A model generated the notes under the pieces. It had not been told where the DNA came from, did no database searches, and was given only the letters and a program-made list of their open reading frames with translations. Position numbers and translations under genes: made by a program. A stretch of 64,000 bases of DNA from Ylistrum balloti (taxonomy: Eukaryota), in NCBI RefSeq assembly GCF_031769215.1, contig NW_026781862.1, positions 1,054,001 through 1,118,000 on the forward strand. Direction: 5' to 3'. Below, piece by piece: positions 14,001-27,100 of this stretch (position 1 is the stretch's first letter; every line of letters begins with the position of its first letter).

Positions 14001-17000
14001 TACATACTGATACAGATATATCAATGGACAATTTGTCAATCTAATGTCTACTTCAGTGGAACGAGGCTAGCAATTTATACATAAAACAAATTATATTTCA
14101 TATAGAATGATAAAGGATATTTCATTGTTTCCTATTTAATATCATATTTATTTCACAAGTATGACAGAACATCTATAATTTTCATGTTTGTGTACAACGA
14201 TTGAAAAGTATAAATATATACTTTGTCATAAGAGTGAAAAATAAATGATATTTAATGGGAAACCATTATTTTTCAAAAAAAAAAAAATTTAAAGGAAAAA
14301 AAAAGATAAACACAAAATAAAAATAAACACAAAATTTCATTAACATGAGATGTTACACTTGACAACAACCAAATCATGAAAACCAGAAATGCACACAGGA
14401 ATTATTTGATGGAAAATTAACTTATTCAACTTGAGCTTCATTTGCATCTGAACAAGAAAGTCAGCAAATTTCAATGCAGTGACAAAAAAAGCACTGCTCT
14501 GGTTGGTCAAATCATTGAAAGTTTTATCATCACTGGAAAAGTTTTATCATCACTGGAAAGTTTTATCATCACTGGAAAAGTTTTATCATCACTGGAAAGT
14601 TTTATCATCACTGGAAAAGTTTTATCATCACTGGAAAGTTTTATCATCACTGGAAAGTTTTATCATCACTGGAAAAGTTTTATCATCACTGGAAAGTTTT
14701 ATCATCACTGGAAAAGTTTTATCATCACTGGAAAAGTTTTATCATCACTGGAAAAGTTTTATCATCACTGGAAAAGTTTGATCATCACTGGAAAAGTTTG
14801 ATCATCACTGGAAAAGTTTGATCATCACTGGAAAAGTTTGATCATCACTGGAAAAGTTTTTCACTGGAAAAGTTTTATCATCACTGGAAAAGTTTGATCA
14901 TCACTGGAAAAGTTTTATCATCACTGGAAAAGTTTGATCATCACTGGAAAAGTTTGATCATCACTGGAAAAGTTTGATCATCACTAATGATGATGACATC
15001 AGATTTTGTATACGATCACTGCCGTGATGATAAAAGTTTGTACCAAATTGATACATAATTTATATTCCTATATTTCACAGGCAAAAATGTAATTAGGAGC
15101 TTTACTTACTTGGCATAAGCTTTCTCTATGAGTGCCACCCAGAACTCTGTAGGATCTGTACACTGTGCATAGATCAACTTCCCATCAATGGTCGGTAACC
15201 GGTCATCCACATAAACATCCACGTACTGACCAAAGCGCCAGAAACGGAAGTGGACAATTCCTTTGTAGCCCTCCCCAAACAGAGGTTGGTCTCCAGGAAC
15301 AATCTAACAAGATCGTACTTTAAGAATATAACAAGTTCTTGTTGGAATTGCTGAAGAGTTATAATCAACACTAATAGTAAATTATGTCCCCTGTAATCAG
15401 TATACAGGAATTCATGAAGATAACAGGTGTTACGAAATAATATCACTTAAAACAACACTAAAGCAATTGTTCAGTTGTGACTTGATATTAAATCTATCAG
15501 CTGCATCTGTGTTACTGCTATTTTTAGTCTAAAATATTTCTTAAATCCTAATCCAGCTTGCAAACACCCTCATTTTAACATTTTGCTGTCAGGCCTGATG
15601 CCATCTCATTTAAAATTTGAAATTTACAGCATAAGACTCCCTCATGTACAATTTTGCAGCTCAAGATGGTTACAGCTGTGAGGTAAATATAGATATATGA
15701 TGGATACATAACATTGTAGGACAGTTATGATTAACTATGGTATCCTATCATCAGTGGCAGTGTATTTTTGTTAACCAATTAGCATATATTCAATCACATA
15801 TAAAAGAGAGTTACAAATTGTACTTTAGGGCATCTGAAAGTTGTAAGAGTGGTCCTGATTTCAGGCAAAATATGTCAATGCCATCTAGATCAGAAAAAGA
15901 AGATGGTGACCGTTCTTGAGTGTTAGGAAGTCTTCATTTCAACATTTTAACTTCCTACAGGGAACAGCAAGTATGATAAAAAAAGTTTTTTTATGGTGTT
16001 AATGATCACAAACCAATCCATTTATTGTAAAATAGCTATAAAGTCAATGGACAACTTACTTTCTTCATATAGTTTTCTCTTTGTGATACAGCAGCACAAG
16101 CTGATAGAAACCAGCAGTCTCCCAGGATACCTTGTTTGATATCATCACGGGTAACACCATCTTTTACCAGGTACGGTTCCTGCCACTCTCCAACAAGGTC
16201 CTGAAAAAAGATTGAAATGCTATAATGACAATCTAGTGCAATAGATACATATATAATGTGTAAACACTCTTTATCATCTACCTTGGTCACATATCACTTC
16301 ATTCATTAAAAGAAGATTCAGGAGACTGACAGTTCATACTATCATATCTACTGCTATATGCTAGCTAATAACCTGCCAACAGGAATATTGTAAGTAATGT
16401 AAAACACATCAGGGTTTCTTTCACTATTAACAGAACAAGAAACAAAAATGATTAATATAAGCCTCAAACTGCTTAATGTAGGATTCCTCTGCATTATGGA
16501 TGTTAACTGAATTACGGCAGATTAATCATGAAGTGCTAACACTTCATTGAATTTGTCCTTACCCTGTTGGCATTCATATGCTTAAAAATGCCAACTGAAA
16601 GCAATTCAATGATTAAGTACTCAAACTTCAGTCCCCAGCAATATCTTACTTTTTGTAAAATATGTTTAAATCAACTATGAGAAGCGAAGGTAATTTTATT
16701 TCTTTCATTAAAAAATCAAAACCAATCGACTCATCTTTACGTAATAACAACTTTATATGACAAAAAATAATGTGTCCTGAATTTGTCTAAAACCAATTAA
16801 TGTTAGTACCTTAGGTCTCTTCCACAGGATACCTGTGTCTGACCGGTCACTGTAGTAAAGGGCATTATGGTCAGCAGGGAAGTCCTGATCACAAAACAAC
16901 TCATCATTCCGAAGGCGACGGAGTTTTTTTTTTATATGCTTTGGATTCTGAAATAAAATGTGACATTGTTAATCTGACTAGCCTCTTTCCTACCAACTGA

Positions 17001-19072
17001 GAATTACATAGTTTTGAACTTTTCCTCTAATCATCATTACAGACCTAAGCTGCAGTAATCTAAATTTGAAATGGTAATTACTTGGTGTCTTTTATGCCAT
17101 AATAGAATTATCCACTTAGAATTACTAGCTTGGGTTTCAAACATAGTGTGAATCCCCACTTTAAGATATTTCTGTCCACTCTGATCTATGACAGCCACAT
17201 ATGCATGGCACAACCAAATCGTCATGACTGTAAATTTTGTTATCCTTGGGCAAGTCATATATTTTAGCAAGTTATTAAGAACTCCTTCTACTATTTATCA
17301 ACTTCCTTCATCATATGGAAGATAGTATCAATAAATTGGTGTGTAATTTACAGATTAGGTACTATAAACAAACAAAAAAGAAATGAATCTTGTGAAGAAG
17401 TATGGAGATGGTTTTAAGGCTTCTAGGATGTCTGAAATTGCCACGTCTGATAAGAGATTATTCTAGTCTGGATTTAATTTAAACAGCCAGCTTTAAGGAA
17501 GAGTGGTTAATAGATGGAATTGGAAAGTCAAGTCTGACGGAGCTGTGTCAAGTCTGATGGAGCTGTGTCGAGTCTGACAGAGCTGTGTCAAGTCTGAAGG
17601 AGCTGTGTCGAGTCTGACAGAGCTGTGTCAAGTCTGATGGAGCTGTGTCGTATCCGACGGAGCTGTGTCGAGTCTGTGTAGCTGTGATTTTCGGTAGATT
17701 TCTTCATTTATTGCAACAAGGTTATATGGAAGCTTTTGTACGTCAAATTTAGACATGTATCCAAGTGAATGCGAAACATGTCAGCAACTTGAAGCACAAA
17801 TAAATCATGAATCTGGGATGAGCTGTTCATGTTGTCTTCACTCTTGACCTACATTCTACCCTTTTTTTAGTGAGGACACAGTATACTTCTTATATCCACA
17901 GCAGTTCCAAGAAGAATTTACTAAACATCATCAATTGTGGAACATTGTGCCTCCACCCCCCGATGTTCTTTGTTCAATTTGTTTTTGATCCCAAAGAGTT
18001 GTTTGGTTTATAGCTTATATTTGGTAACCGGTAACACATTATATGCAAAAAAGAGAGGGTTTAAACAAAAAAAATGTTTATATATTGTATATTTGTATAT
18101 CAATTCTCACAACACTGTCAGATATTTTTCCAGTCTGGGCAGTCAGTCACAATACCTACATCCAGTAGATGTTGCTTTTGTTCAGCAGAATTTTAAGCCA
18201 ACTTATTCTATACCTGTTAGGTTATGAATTTGTAAATATGAGTGAGTCAAATGAACAAACGGGAATGAAAAAGTGTGTATGAATGGTTTTGTTAGTAAAA
18301 TATAATCATGACTATATAATGATTAAATAACTTATAAATATCTATGATATCACAGACGGAGAAGATTTATATAGGCTATGCCTGTTATCTCATCCATCTA
18401 ACATAAACTTTGTTAAAAATGAAATCAAAACATTGCAACTTTAATGATATCTAAATATATAGGCCATTTTTCTCAAAAAAAGTGTGAAAGACAAATAGGT
18501 ACCCTCTTGTTATTTAAGAAATTGGACACCAAGTAAGGGATCGACAGAAATGTTCTGCATATCAAAAAGAGAAAATGAAATACAACTTCATAGCAGTTAC
18601 AGTCAAGACATACATCTGTCTCTGATCAATGTAATTATAACAATGTATTTATTCAAAAGCTGTGCTCTTTTCAACATGGCCTGATTCACATTAAACCAAA
18701 TAGAAATGTATAAGGTGTTAGAATTACATTCTATGAAATAATATGCCGAGAATCGATTACTTGTATTAACAGAAACTTAACAATATGCAATGTATTCGGA
18801 CATGATTGAGAAAATTATTATTTGGTCACAGACTATTTACGCACAGAAATGCCAAGTTGACCGTCTCTGTATTCTTCCTCCGGAATATCGAAATTAGGAT
18901 CCTCAGAATTCTTTAGGGATAATTTGAAAGAGTCCGTGGGCAGAGTTGTTCTCTGAGTCGAGAACGCACTGATCGCTCTCCTCACGGGAACATGTCCGTT
19001 TAGGGGAATCCGCAACTGTGGTTCCGATTTAGTTCTCACAATTGTCTTGTGTTTACTTGGACTTGATCCCAT
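5045..19072 (-). CDS. Atypical calpain (CysPc protease core + domain III/CBSW, no penta-EF-hand), 581 aa, 12 coding exons
   Basis: Exons in transcription order: 19072-18845, 16947-16810, 16200-16060, 15303-15110, 12990-12822, 12198-12118, 11974-11886, 8501-8332, 7350-7234, 7044-6908, 5705-5497, 5117-5045. All introns are GT-AG with matching phases; total 1746 nt, stop TAG at 5045-5047. Catalytic triad motifs: [11 protein letters not shown] (Cys), [10 protein letters not shown] (His), RIRNPW (Asn). Other calpain motifs: [38 protein letters not shown]. Domain III motifs: GRTAGGS...[26 protein letters not shown]. Candidate AATAAA on the minus strand at 5014-5019. Confidence 0.95.
6033..6392. repeat. 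Minisatellite, about 46-bp unit (ATGATGAATTAGCACATCTATTATGATTGCTATATGAATTAGCACT), calpain intron
   Basis: Directly visible tandem array. Confidence 0.9.
7593..8156. repeat. Minisatellite, 32-bp unit (GTGTGGATCTGTAAGACCAATTCTAGAGAGAC), calpain intron
   Basis: CTGTAAGA recurs at 32-nt spacing (7631, 7663, ...). Confidence 0.95.
8538..11718. repeat. 3.2-kb satellite, 26-bp unit (GCATTGTATGATAGTAGGCCTAGATA), calpain intron 7
   Basis: GCATT recurs at 26-nt spacing (9483, 9509, ...); fills almost the whole intron. Confidence 0.97.
14520..14986. repeat. Minisatellite, 19-20-bp unit (GAAAAGTTTTATCATCACTG), calpain intron
   Basis: Directly visible tandem array. Confidence 0.95.
17530..17675. repeat. 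Short minisatellite, 20-bp unit (AGTCTGACGGAGCTGTGTCA)
   Basis: About 7 copies visible. Confidence 0.9.
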
Positions 19073-19090
19073 GTTTCTTTCCCATATCAA

Positions 19091-19405
19091 CCTTTTCCCT
19101 TCGGTGAAAACGACAGAAAATAAGGCCGATCAGTTTAACGGATATTAAAGTGTTCACTGTTGTTTACATCCGCAACCATTTTGTATCTAACAAGCACCTG
19201 TTGTAAAGCCGATTTTGATTGGCTGAATTTGGAAATAATAGTTTCTTAGTCTTGTGTACGCTTCTTTTAATAGTCATTTAATATCACAAAATAAAAACTT
19301 TATTTTCACGTCGACTCTCATTCATTAACTGGAAACAAGGTGAAATTGGCGGCGGTTGACGCGGAAGAGGACTGGGCCCAGAGCTAATATCTGAATATAT
19401 CCTAG
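19091..19405. promoter_or_regulatory. Putative bidirectional promoter / first exons shared by calpain (-) and membrane gene A (+)
   Basis: Head-to-head geometry and local CpG enrichment. Contains an ATTGG (CCAAT) box at about 19218-19222, GCGGAAG (ETS-like) at about 19361-19367, and a plus-strand donor GTAAAC at 19406. Transcription starts are not determined. Confidence 0.5.
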
Positions 19406-21108
19406 GTAAACAAAATACACAGCATTCCTTTGCTTCACCTGCATTTGGCTGGACTCACAGAAATATTTATACTGTGTCATAGACACTCAAATGCTTGTTT
19501 TTATTTCAATTTCAAATCATGGAAGTAAACATTTTGTACATGTGCTTCTCTAGATATGTTTTATTACATTTGCAAACTCTTTGTAGGTGTTTGTGGCGTA
19601 TTTGATATCAAAATGATGGAAAGCTAAGTCCAGATGATTTTATATATGACAAGACTAAATTAAAGATGCATACATGTTGGCAACGCATCAATCATTTCAT
19701 TGTTTACAGAATAATTTGTTTTATAGTTCGTGACAGAGTAGTTAAAAAAATGACAAAAGTACATGCAGATCCATAACAAACCATCTTTCTTGCCACAAAA
19801 AAGACCTATAATTACACCTCCCATTTTAAAAAATCATATAAATTCAAATGATTTTAAGTTATAGTTGAGCACTGTTCACAAAATTAGCACAATGTGATGT
19901 GTTAATTATGTCCTGATGTTCTTTGAAAATTAATAAAATGTTACATGTTATTATATAAGTCATGTTGTCCCTATAGAATGTACATCCTGTTGTCCTTATA
20001 AAATTATTCTATGTTACAAGTTATAGGCATTCTGTAGTATTTTGGAAATCTATGTTATGTTTTCTTTAACAACATCACATATCATTGACATAAAAATCTT
20101 CAGATACATTTCAAGTATTAAGGTCTACACTATGGTGTGGTTCTCTAAATTAAAGTTTCTTTATTTATTGTACAACAATTGCAAAGCAAATTATTTATAC
20201 TAATCACTCTTGTTGGCCTGGATGTCAGTATGTGAGGGAGAAAGTGTTGAACTCTGTTCCATTAAACACTGTGTAATGAAGTTTTGTTTTTAAAGCTTTG
20301 TATGTTATTTTAAAGTAAATGTAAAGAAATGAAATAACTGAAACAGGCCAAATGTTTACACAAAAGCATTTTGCTACCTGTAGATTATTGAGTATTTGGG
20401 GGTACATAATATCTCCTCAGTGTAAAAAGAAAAAAGTAGCGTGAAATGTTTGTATAACTTTATGTAATTATTAGAAAATTTCTTGATTAATGAATTTCAG
20501 TCTGGCTTACAGCCCAGACATTCAACAGTATACCAAATGATTGAAAATTTATCTGATAACCTTCGCAATGCTATCTATTACTGTAAAGCAAACTAACTAG
20601 CTTGATTAATCTGTCCCTATCCAAACAAGGCACAACAAATGATAAAGATATACATAACAGCAGGTGTTGATTATTTTCTCATGATGTTACACTCACAAGA
20701 GAAGATAACTCTGTGTAACTAAAAGATTAGATTGCCTTTGGCTATGTATTCTAGTTTCAAGATCATGACCTGAATCATTTAGAATGCATATATATAACTT
20801 GTCCAAGAAGTGATATACCATATACCTAGTAATATATACGCCTAACAGTATGAACAGCTTGTTAGCTGATTTAACCCTTGAATAGCCAGGAAGGATGCCA
20901 GATATGTAAGCTGATGCTATGGTTTGCCCTGTATAAGTTCACCATGACTTTGGGTCAGAATAAAACGTTGTCCCCTCATGAGCTTGATACAGGATAAATA
21001 AAGGTATTTGAGAGCAAAAGTAAAAATCTTCTTGCAGCAAAGTCATTTTAAATCTAGTATTTTTCAGTTTTGAGAAAGAGCTTGTAATGCTTTTATCAAA
21101 TTTCAGTT

Positions 21109-24100
21109 ATGGCTGACAAGTTTGACTATCTAAGAGGGGGAGCCTTTGTGGTGGCTTTCTTCCTTCTTGGAGTGTGGAGTCTGCCCTCCTGGCTGATAGC
21201 TGACACAGTATTCACAGCATTCTCTGGCATTGGACTTTACATTAGGCCTGAGATCACCATCCAACTTCAGGTATGAGAAAATCATATAACCATGAATTGT
21301 GGCACCTGTAGTTGACAGTTGTTTATGATCCTCACTGTTTTTTCCCTGATTCACCTCTGCTTTGATAGTCCACCATTGATGATGATGGGCTATTCAAATT
21401 CCCTTATGTCTGTGGTCCATTGTTTATCCATAAACAATCCTTGTTATCGCTAATGTGCCCATCTAATTTAGAATATGATAAGGAAAACAATATGGCCATT
21501 AGGTGGCCATCTTGGATATCAAAGTTGAAAATTGTTATCACAATTTTCTTGAGAAGTACTTGAAGGATAATTCTGAAACTTGATGTGTAGGTTTTCCACA
21601 ATCTCTTGTTGTGCATTTTTAACTTTGGAATGGATCAGAATGACAAAATTGCTGACTAGTAGCCATCTTGGATTTTGAGAGTTGAAGTTTGTTACTTCTA
21701 TTTTATTAAAGGGACGTCATGGTAAAAATGTTATTTTTTTATTGATTATGTATGTTTTATACACTTCTAGGTACATTTCTATGCTAACCTGATATTCACA
21801 GTCAATTTACAATCTCCAATTTGACCATTCAATTTATTTTGGAAACCCCTTGTAAATTTAGATCTGATAACATTACATGACAGTTTTGAAAATCATACAG
21901 TTCCTTTGTAAATGATAGCAGAGGGAAATGTAGTGACACCGTATGTAAACACCTGTTTTTCGACACCTGAATTTGTTTTGAATGAGTAGACATCTGCTTG
22001 ATAACTGAAATTTAATTCAGAATTACGAAAAATGTAATACTAATAGCATTGTTTCTCTGAAAGTTTCTCTCTAGCCATACACACATTATAAACAACATGC
22101 AAAGCTGTGACCAATGCAGCAGAATACATGTACCATCTTGATTGCTCTCTCATCTTATAAGTTACCATCTGCAATGGTAAGCTTCTCCAAGGAAATTCTG
22201 GGGGTTTTCCTGCTAATTTGGCCATCCTTTACTTTGTAGCTGACATCGTAACAAGTTATGCGACTGTTTCACATGGGAAGACATTTTTGTTACTGATGTG
22301 GTGTAATGTGAACATTCATATCCATAGATGACACAAAAATTTACATATACTGACAGTTGATCAACGGCATGAGATTTTCTTTTTATAACTTTTAGTTTTT
22401 ATGTGTATATTTCAGCAGAAACCATCTATCTTTGTTCATCAGCTGATAAACTTGTTACATGTGTATGTAGTAATAATAAAAACAACAGCCAAAAGATTTT
22501 TTTACTGTGACATGACTTTTAAAAGTATGGATTGGATCTTTCTCCGGTTTCATATGTACATTCCCCTTGGTCCTTATCTGTGCACTTTTGATTTTAGGAC
22601 TGAAAAAAAAAAAAATGGCTGAAAGATGTGTGCGACCATCTTTGATTTGGAAAATGAAAGTTTGTTGCTACTGTTTCTTGGGAAATAGTGAATAGATCTT
22701 TCTCAGATTTCAGTTCTCCTTGGTCCCAAGTTGTGCACTTGTGATTTTGGGATTTACAATACAAAAAAAAAAAAAAAACGATTGCAAGTGGCCATCTTGG
22801 ATTTAATATGTACAAATTATTACCGTTATTACCTATAGAGGATTTCAACTTTCTTGTAATTAAGAGCAAAAACAGAAAAATGAAGAGAAAGAAAAGGTAA
22901 AAGATCCATCATTTAAAGAACAAATAAAGATCAAACAAACATTGGCACCAAGATCTCTCTGTGATCTCATTTATCAATTTATTAATTTTCTTATTTATTG
23001 GAATAGAGTTTTTATTTTTTTTATCTTAATACATATCATACAGTATATGAATGTATTTGCATGCATAGTTTTGGTTCTTGCCAGGAAATTTTGAGCCTGT
23101 AAAACTATCTCAATATAGCACTCTATCCTTTCTGTTTTAGCTGTGTATCTGATAACTTACCTGTACTGTATATAATTTGCCTGGCTTAGTTGTGGTCTGT
23201 TGATATTGATGTTTACAAATTGCAGGTTCAGGAGAGATCCCTTAATCGACATGTGAAAAATTAAACAAAAAAAAGTTTACTACTGTCATGTAAAGTTTCA
23301 TTGTGTATGGTAATTGTTGAATTTTGTACATCGTATATCACTTTTGTTGTGTTTGCTTTTTAGTGTTATTGTAATCTCCCATTAATTTGTATAATATTGA
23401 CATGATAAACCCAATTTCTTTTTAACATTTAATCAAAATTTCCACCAAAATATAATTTTGAATGACAAAATCCATTTCATTTCTTTCTGCTTGTAGACCC
23501 AAGACCTGAAGATTGATGTTCTCCATTGTCACTTAAACAGAGTGTTTGGATCATTCTTGATTGGCTCAGCTGTAATATGGTGCATTTGTCGATCATCCAA
23601 AGACAGTACTGTTACAGCTGCAATGTTGTGGTCAAGAGTCATGGTATGTTGACTCTCTTAATATAAGCTTCTTCATAATATCAGACAATCAGGATATTAA
23701 ATATGTAACCTACTTTATGATTCTTGTCCTTGAGTTACCATGAGCCTGATTGTACCATGTGACACTTTATAATCCTTGTCCCTAAGTTACTATGAGCCTG
23801 ATTGTACCATGTGACACTTAATAATTCTTGTCCTTGAGTTACCATGAGCCTGATTGTACCATGTGACACTTTATAATCCTTGTCCCTAAGTTACTATGAG
23901 CCTGATTGTACCATGTGACACTTAATAATTCTTGTCCTTGAGTTACCATGAGCCTGATTGTACCATGTGACACTTTATAATCCTTGTCCCTGAGTTACCA
24001 TGAGCCTGATTGTACCATGTGACACTTTTTAATCCTTGTCCCTGAGTTACCATGAGCCTGATTGTACCATGTGACACTTAATCATTCTTGTCCTTGAGCT

Positions 24101-27100
24101 ACCATGAGCCTGATTGTACCATGTGACACTTTATAATCCTTGTCCCTGAGTTACCATGAGCCTGATTGTACCATGTGACACTTAATCATTCTTGTCCTTG
24201 AGCTACCATGAGCCTTATTGTACCATGTGACACTTTATAATCCTTGTCCCTGATTTACCATGAGCCTGATTGTAGTTTGTGACACTTTATAATTCTTGTC
24301 CCTGAGTTACCATGAGTCTGATTGTACCATGTGACACTTAATAATTCTTGTCCCTGAGTTACCAGGAGCCTGATTGTACCATGTGACACTTTATAATCCT
24401 TGACCTTGAGCTACCATGAGCCTGATTGTACCATGTGACACTTAATCATCCTTGACCTTGAGCTACCATGAGCCTGATTGTACCATGTGACACTTTATAA
24501 TCCTTGACCTTGAGTTACCATGAGCCTGATTGTACCATGTGACACTTAATAATTCTTGTCCTTGAGTTACCATGAGCCTGATTGTACCATGTGACACTTT
24601 ATAATCCTTGTCCCTGATTTACCATAAGCCTGATTGTACCATGTGACACTTTATAATCCTTGTCCCTGATTTACCATGAGCCTGATTGTACCATGTGACA
24701 CTTTATAATCCTTGTCCCTGATTTACCATGAGCCTGATTGTACCATGTGACACTTTATAATCCTTGTCCCTGATTTACCATGAGCCTGATTGTACCATGT
24801 GACACTTTATAATCCTTGTCCCTGATTTACCATCAGCCTGATTGTAGTGTGTGACACTTTATAATCCTTGTCCCTGATTTACCATTAGCCTGATTGTACC
24901 ATGTGACACTTTATAATCCTTGTCCCTGATTTACCATGAGGCTGATTGTACCATGTGACACTTTATAATCCTTGTCCCTGATTTACCATGTGCCTGATTG
25001 TACCATGTGACACTTTATAATCCTTGTCCCTGATTTACCATGTGCCTGATTGTACCATGTGACACTTTATAATCCTTGTCCCTGATTTACCATGTGCCTG
25101 ATTGTACCATGTGACACTTTATAATCCTTGTCCCTGATTTACCATTAGCCTGATTGTACCATGTGACACTTTATAATCCTTGTCCCTGATTTACCATGAG
25201 GCTGATTGTACCATGTGACACTTTATAATCCTTGTCCCTGATTTACCATGTGCCTGATTGTACCATGTGACACTTTATAATCCTTGTCCCTGATTTACCA
25301 TGAGCCTGATTGTAGTTTGTGACACTTTATAATTCTTGTCCCTGAGTTACCATGAGTCTGATTGTACCATGTGACACTTAATAATTCTTGTCCCTGAGTT
25401 ACCAGGAGCCTGATTGTACCATGTGACACTTTATAATCCTTGACCTTGAGCTACCATGAGCCTGATTGTACCATGTGACACTTAATCATCCTTGACCTTG
25501 AGCTACCATGAGCCTGATTGTACCATGTGACACTTTATAATCCTTGACCTTGAGTTACCATGAGCCTGATTGTACCATGTGACACTTAATAATTCTTGTC
25601 CTTGAGTTACCATGAGCCTGATTGTACCATGTGACACTTTATAATCCTTGTCCCTGATTTACCATGAGCCTGATTGTACCATGTGACACTTTATAATCCT
25701 TGTCCCTGATTTACCATGAGCCTGATTGTACCATGTGACACTTTATAATCCTTGTCCCTGATTTACCATGAGCCTGATTGTACCATGTGACACTTTATAA
25801 TCCTTGTCCCTGATTTACCATGAGCCTGATTGTACCATGTGACACTTTATAATCCTTGTCCCTGATTTACCATCAGCCTGATTGTAGTGTGTGACACTTT
25901 ATAATCCTTGTCCCTGATTTACCATTAGCCTGATTGTACCATGTGACACTTTATAATCCTTGTCCCTGATTTACCATGAGGCTGATTGTACCATGTGACA
26001 CTTTATAATCCTTGTCCCTGATTTACCATGTGCCTGATTGTACCATGTGACACTTTATAATCCTTGTCCCTGATTTACCATGTGCCTGATTGTACCATGT
26101 GACACTTTATAATCCTTGTCCCTGATTTACCATGTGCCTGATTGTACCATGTGACACTTTATAATCCTTGTCCCTGATTTACCATTAGCCTGATTGTACC
26201 ATGTGACACTTTATAATCCTTGTCCCTGATTTACCATGAGGCTGATTGTACCATGTGACACTTTATAATCCTTGTCCCTGATTTACCATGTGCCTGATTG
26301 TACCATGTGACACTTTATAATCCTTGTCCCTGATTTACCATGAGGCTGATTGTTGTTTGTGACATTCTATAATCCTTGTAATGATCAACTATAAGCCTGA
26401 TTGTAGTGTTTGACACTTTAAAATCCTTGTAATAAACTACCATGAGCCTAGTTGTAATACTTCATATTATCCAATTCTGCCTGTAAAGCTCCGGACATAA
26501 TGTAGTAATTTTATCAAGCTTATTGTTTCATGTATTCCCTTTTCTTAATTTCTTATTATTTTTTTGCCAACTTCATTTTGCAGGGTATAATATGCCTTCT
26601 TTCCATAGTAATTTCTGGGCATTTGGCAAATAGAAAACTTTTTACAGATAAGGTGAGTAAAACTTTGCAGATAAGTTATTGTCAGAGTTTTTGAATTTAG
26701 TGACGGTATAAAATTAAAAAGAATTTTAAGAGAATTCTATAAATAACTGATGTCTTCTTCATATAAACAAATGTTATCGTATAAACAAATACAAAGGAAT
26801 CAGACTCAAGACCTATGTAAAAAAGTTGATCTTCAGAATATCTCAGAATACCTTGGTCCTTAGTTGTGCCCTTTCCATTTTAAGGCTGATCCAAAAACAT
26901 GGCTAACAGATGACTATCTTCAATTTGTCAGTAAAAGATTATTATTCCTTTTTCTTCAAATTTCATAAAGTTAGGAGCAAAAAAAGGAAATAAGAGAAAA
27001 TAAGGGTGACAGATCTTTAAAAAGAACTAATAAAGATCAAAACATGTTTGGGGCCAAGATCCCTCAGGGCTTTCTATAATATTTAAATGGTGAGGCAGAA

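Noticed and set aside
14442-14801. ORFs with [12 protein letters not shown] / FYHHWK repeats
   Set aside because: 19-20-bp minisatellite inside a calpain intron.
19073-19090. N-terminal extension MIWERN on the calpain
   Set aside because: The ORF track starts at TTG; the first ATG is at 19072 in good context.
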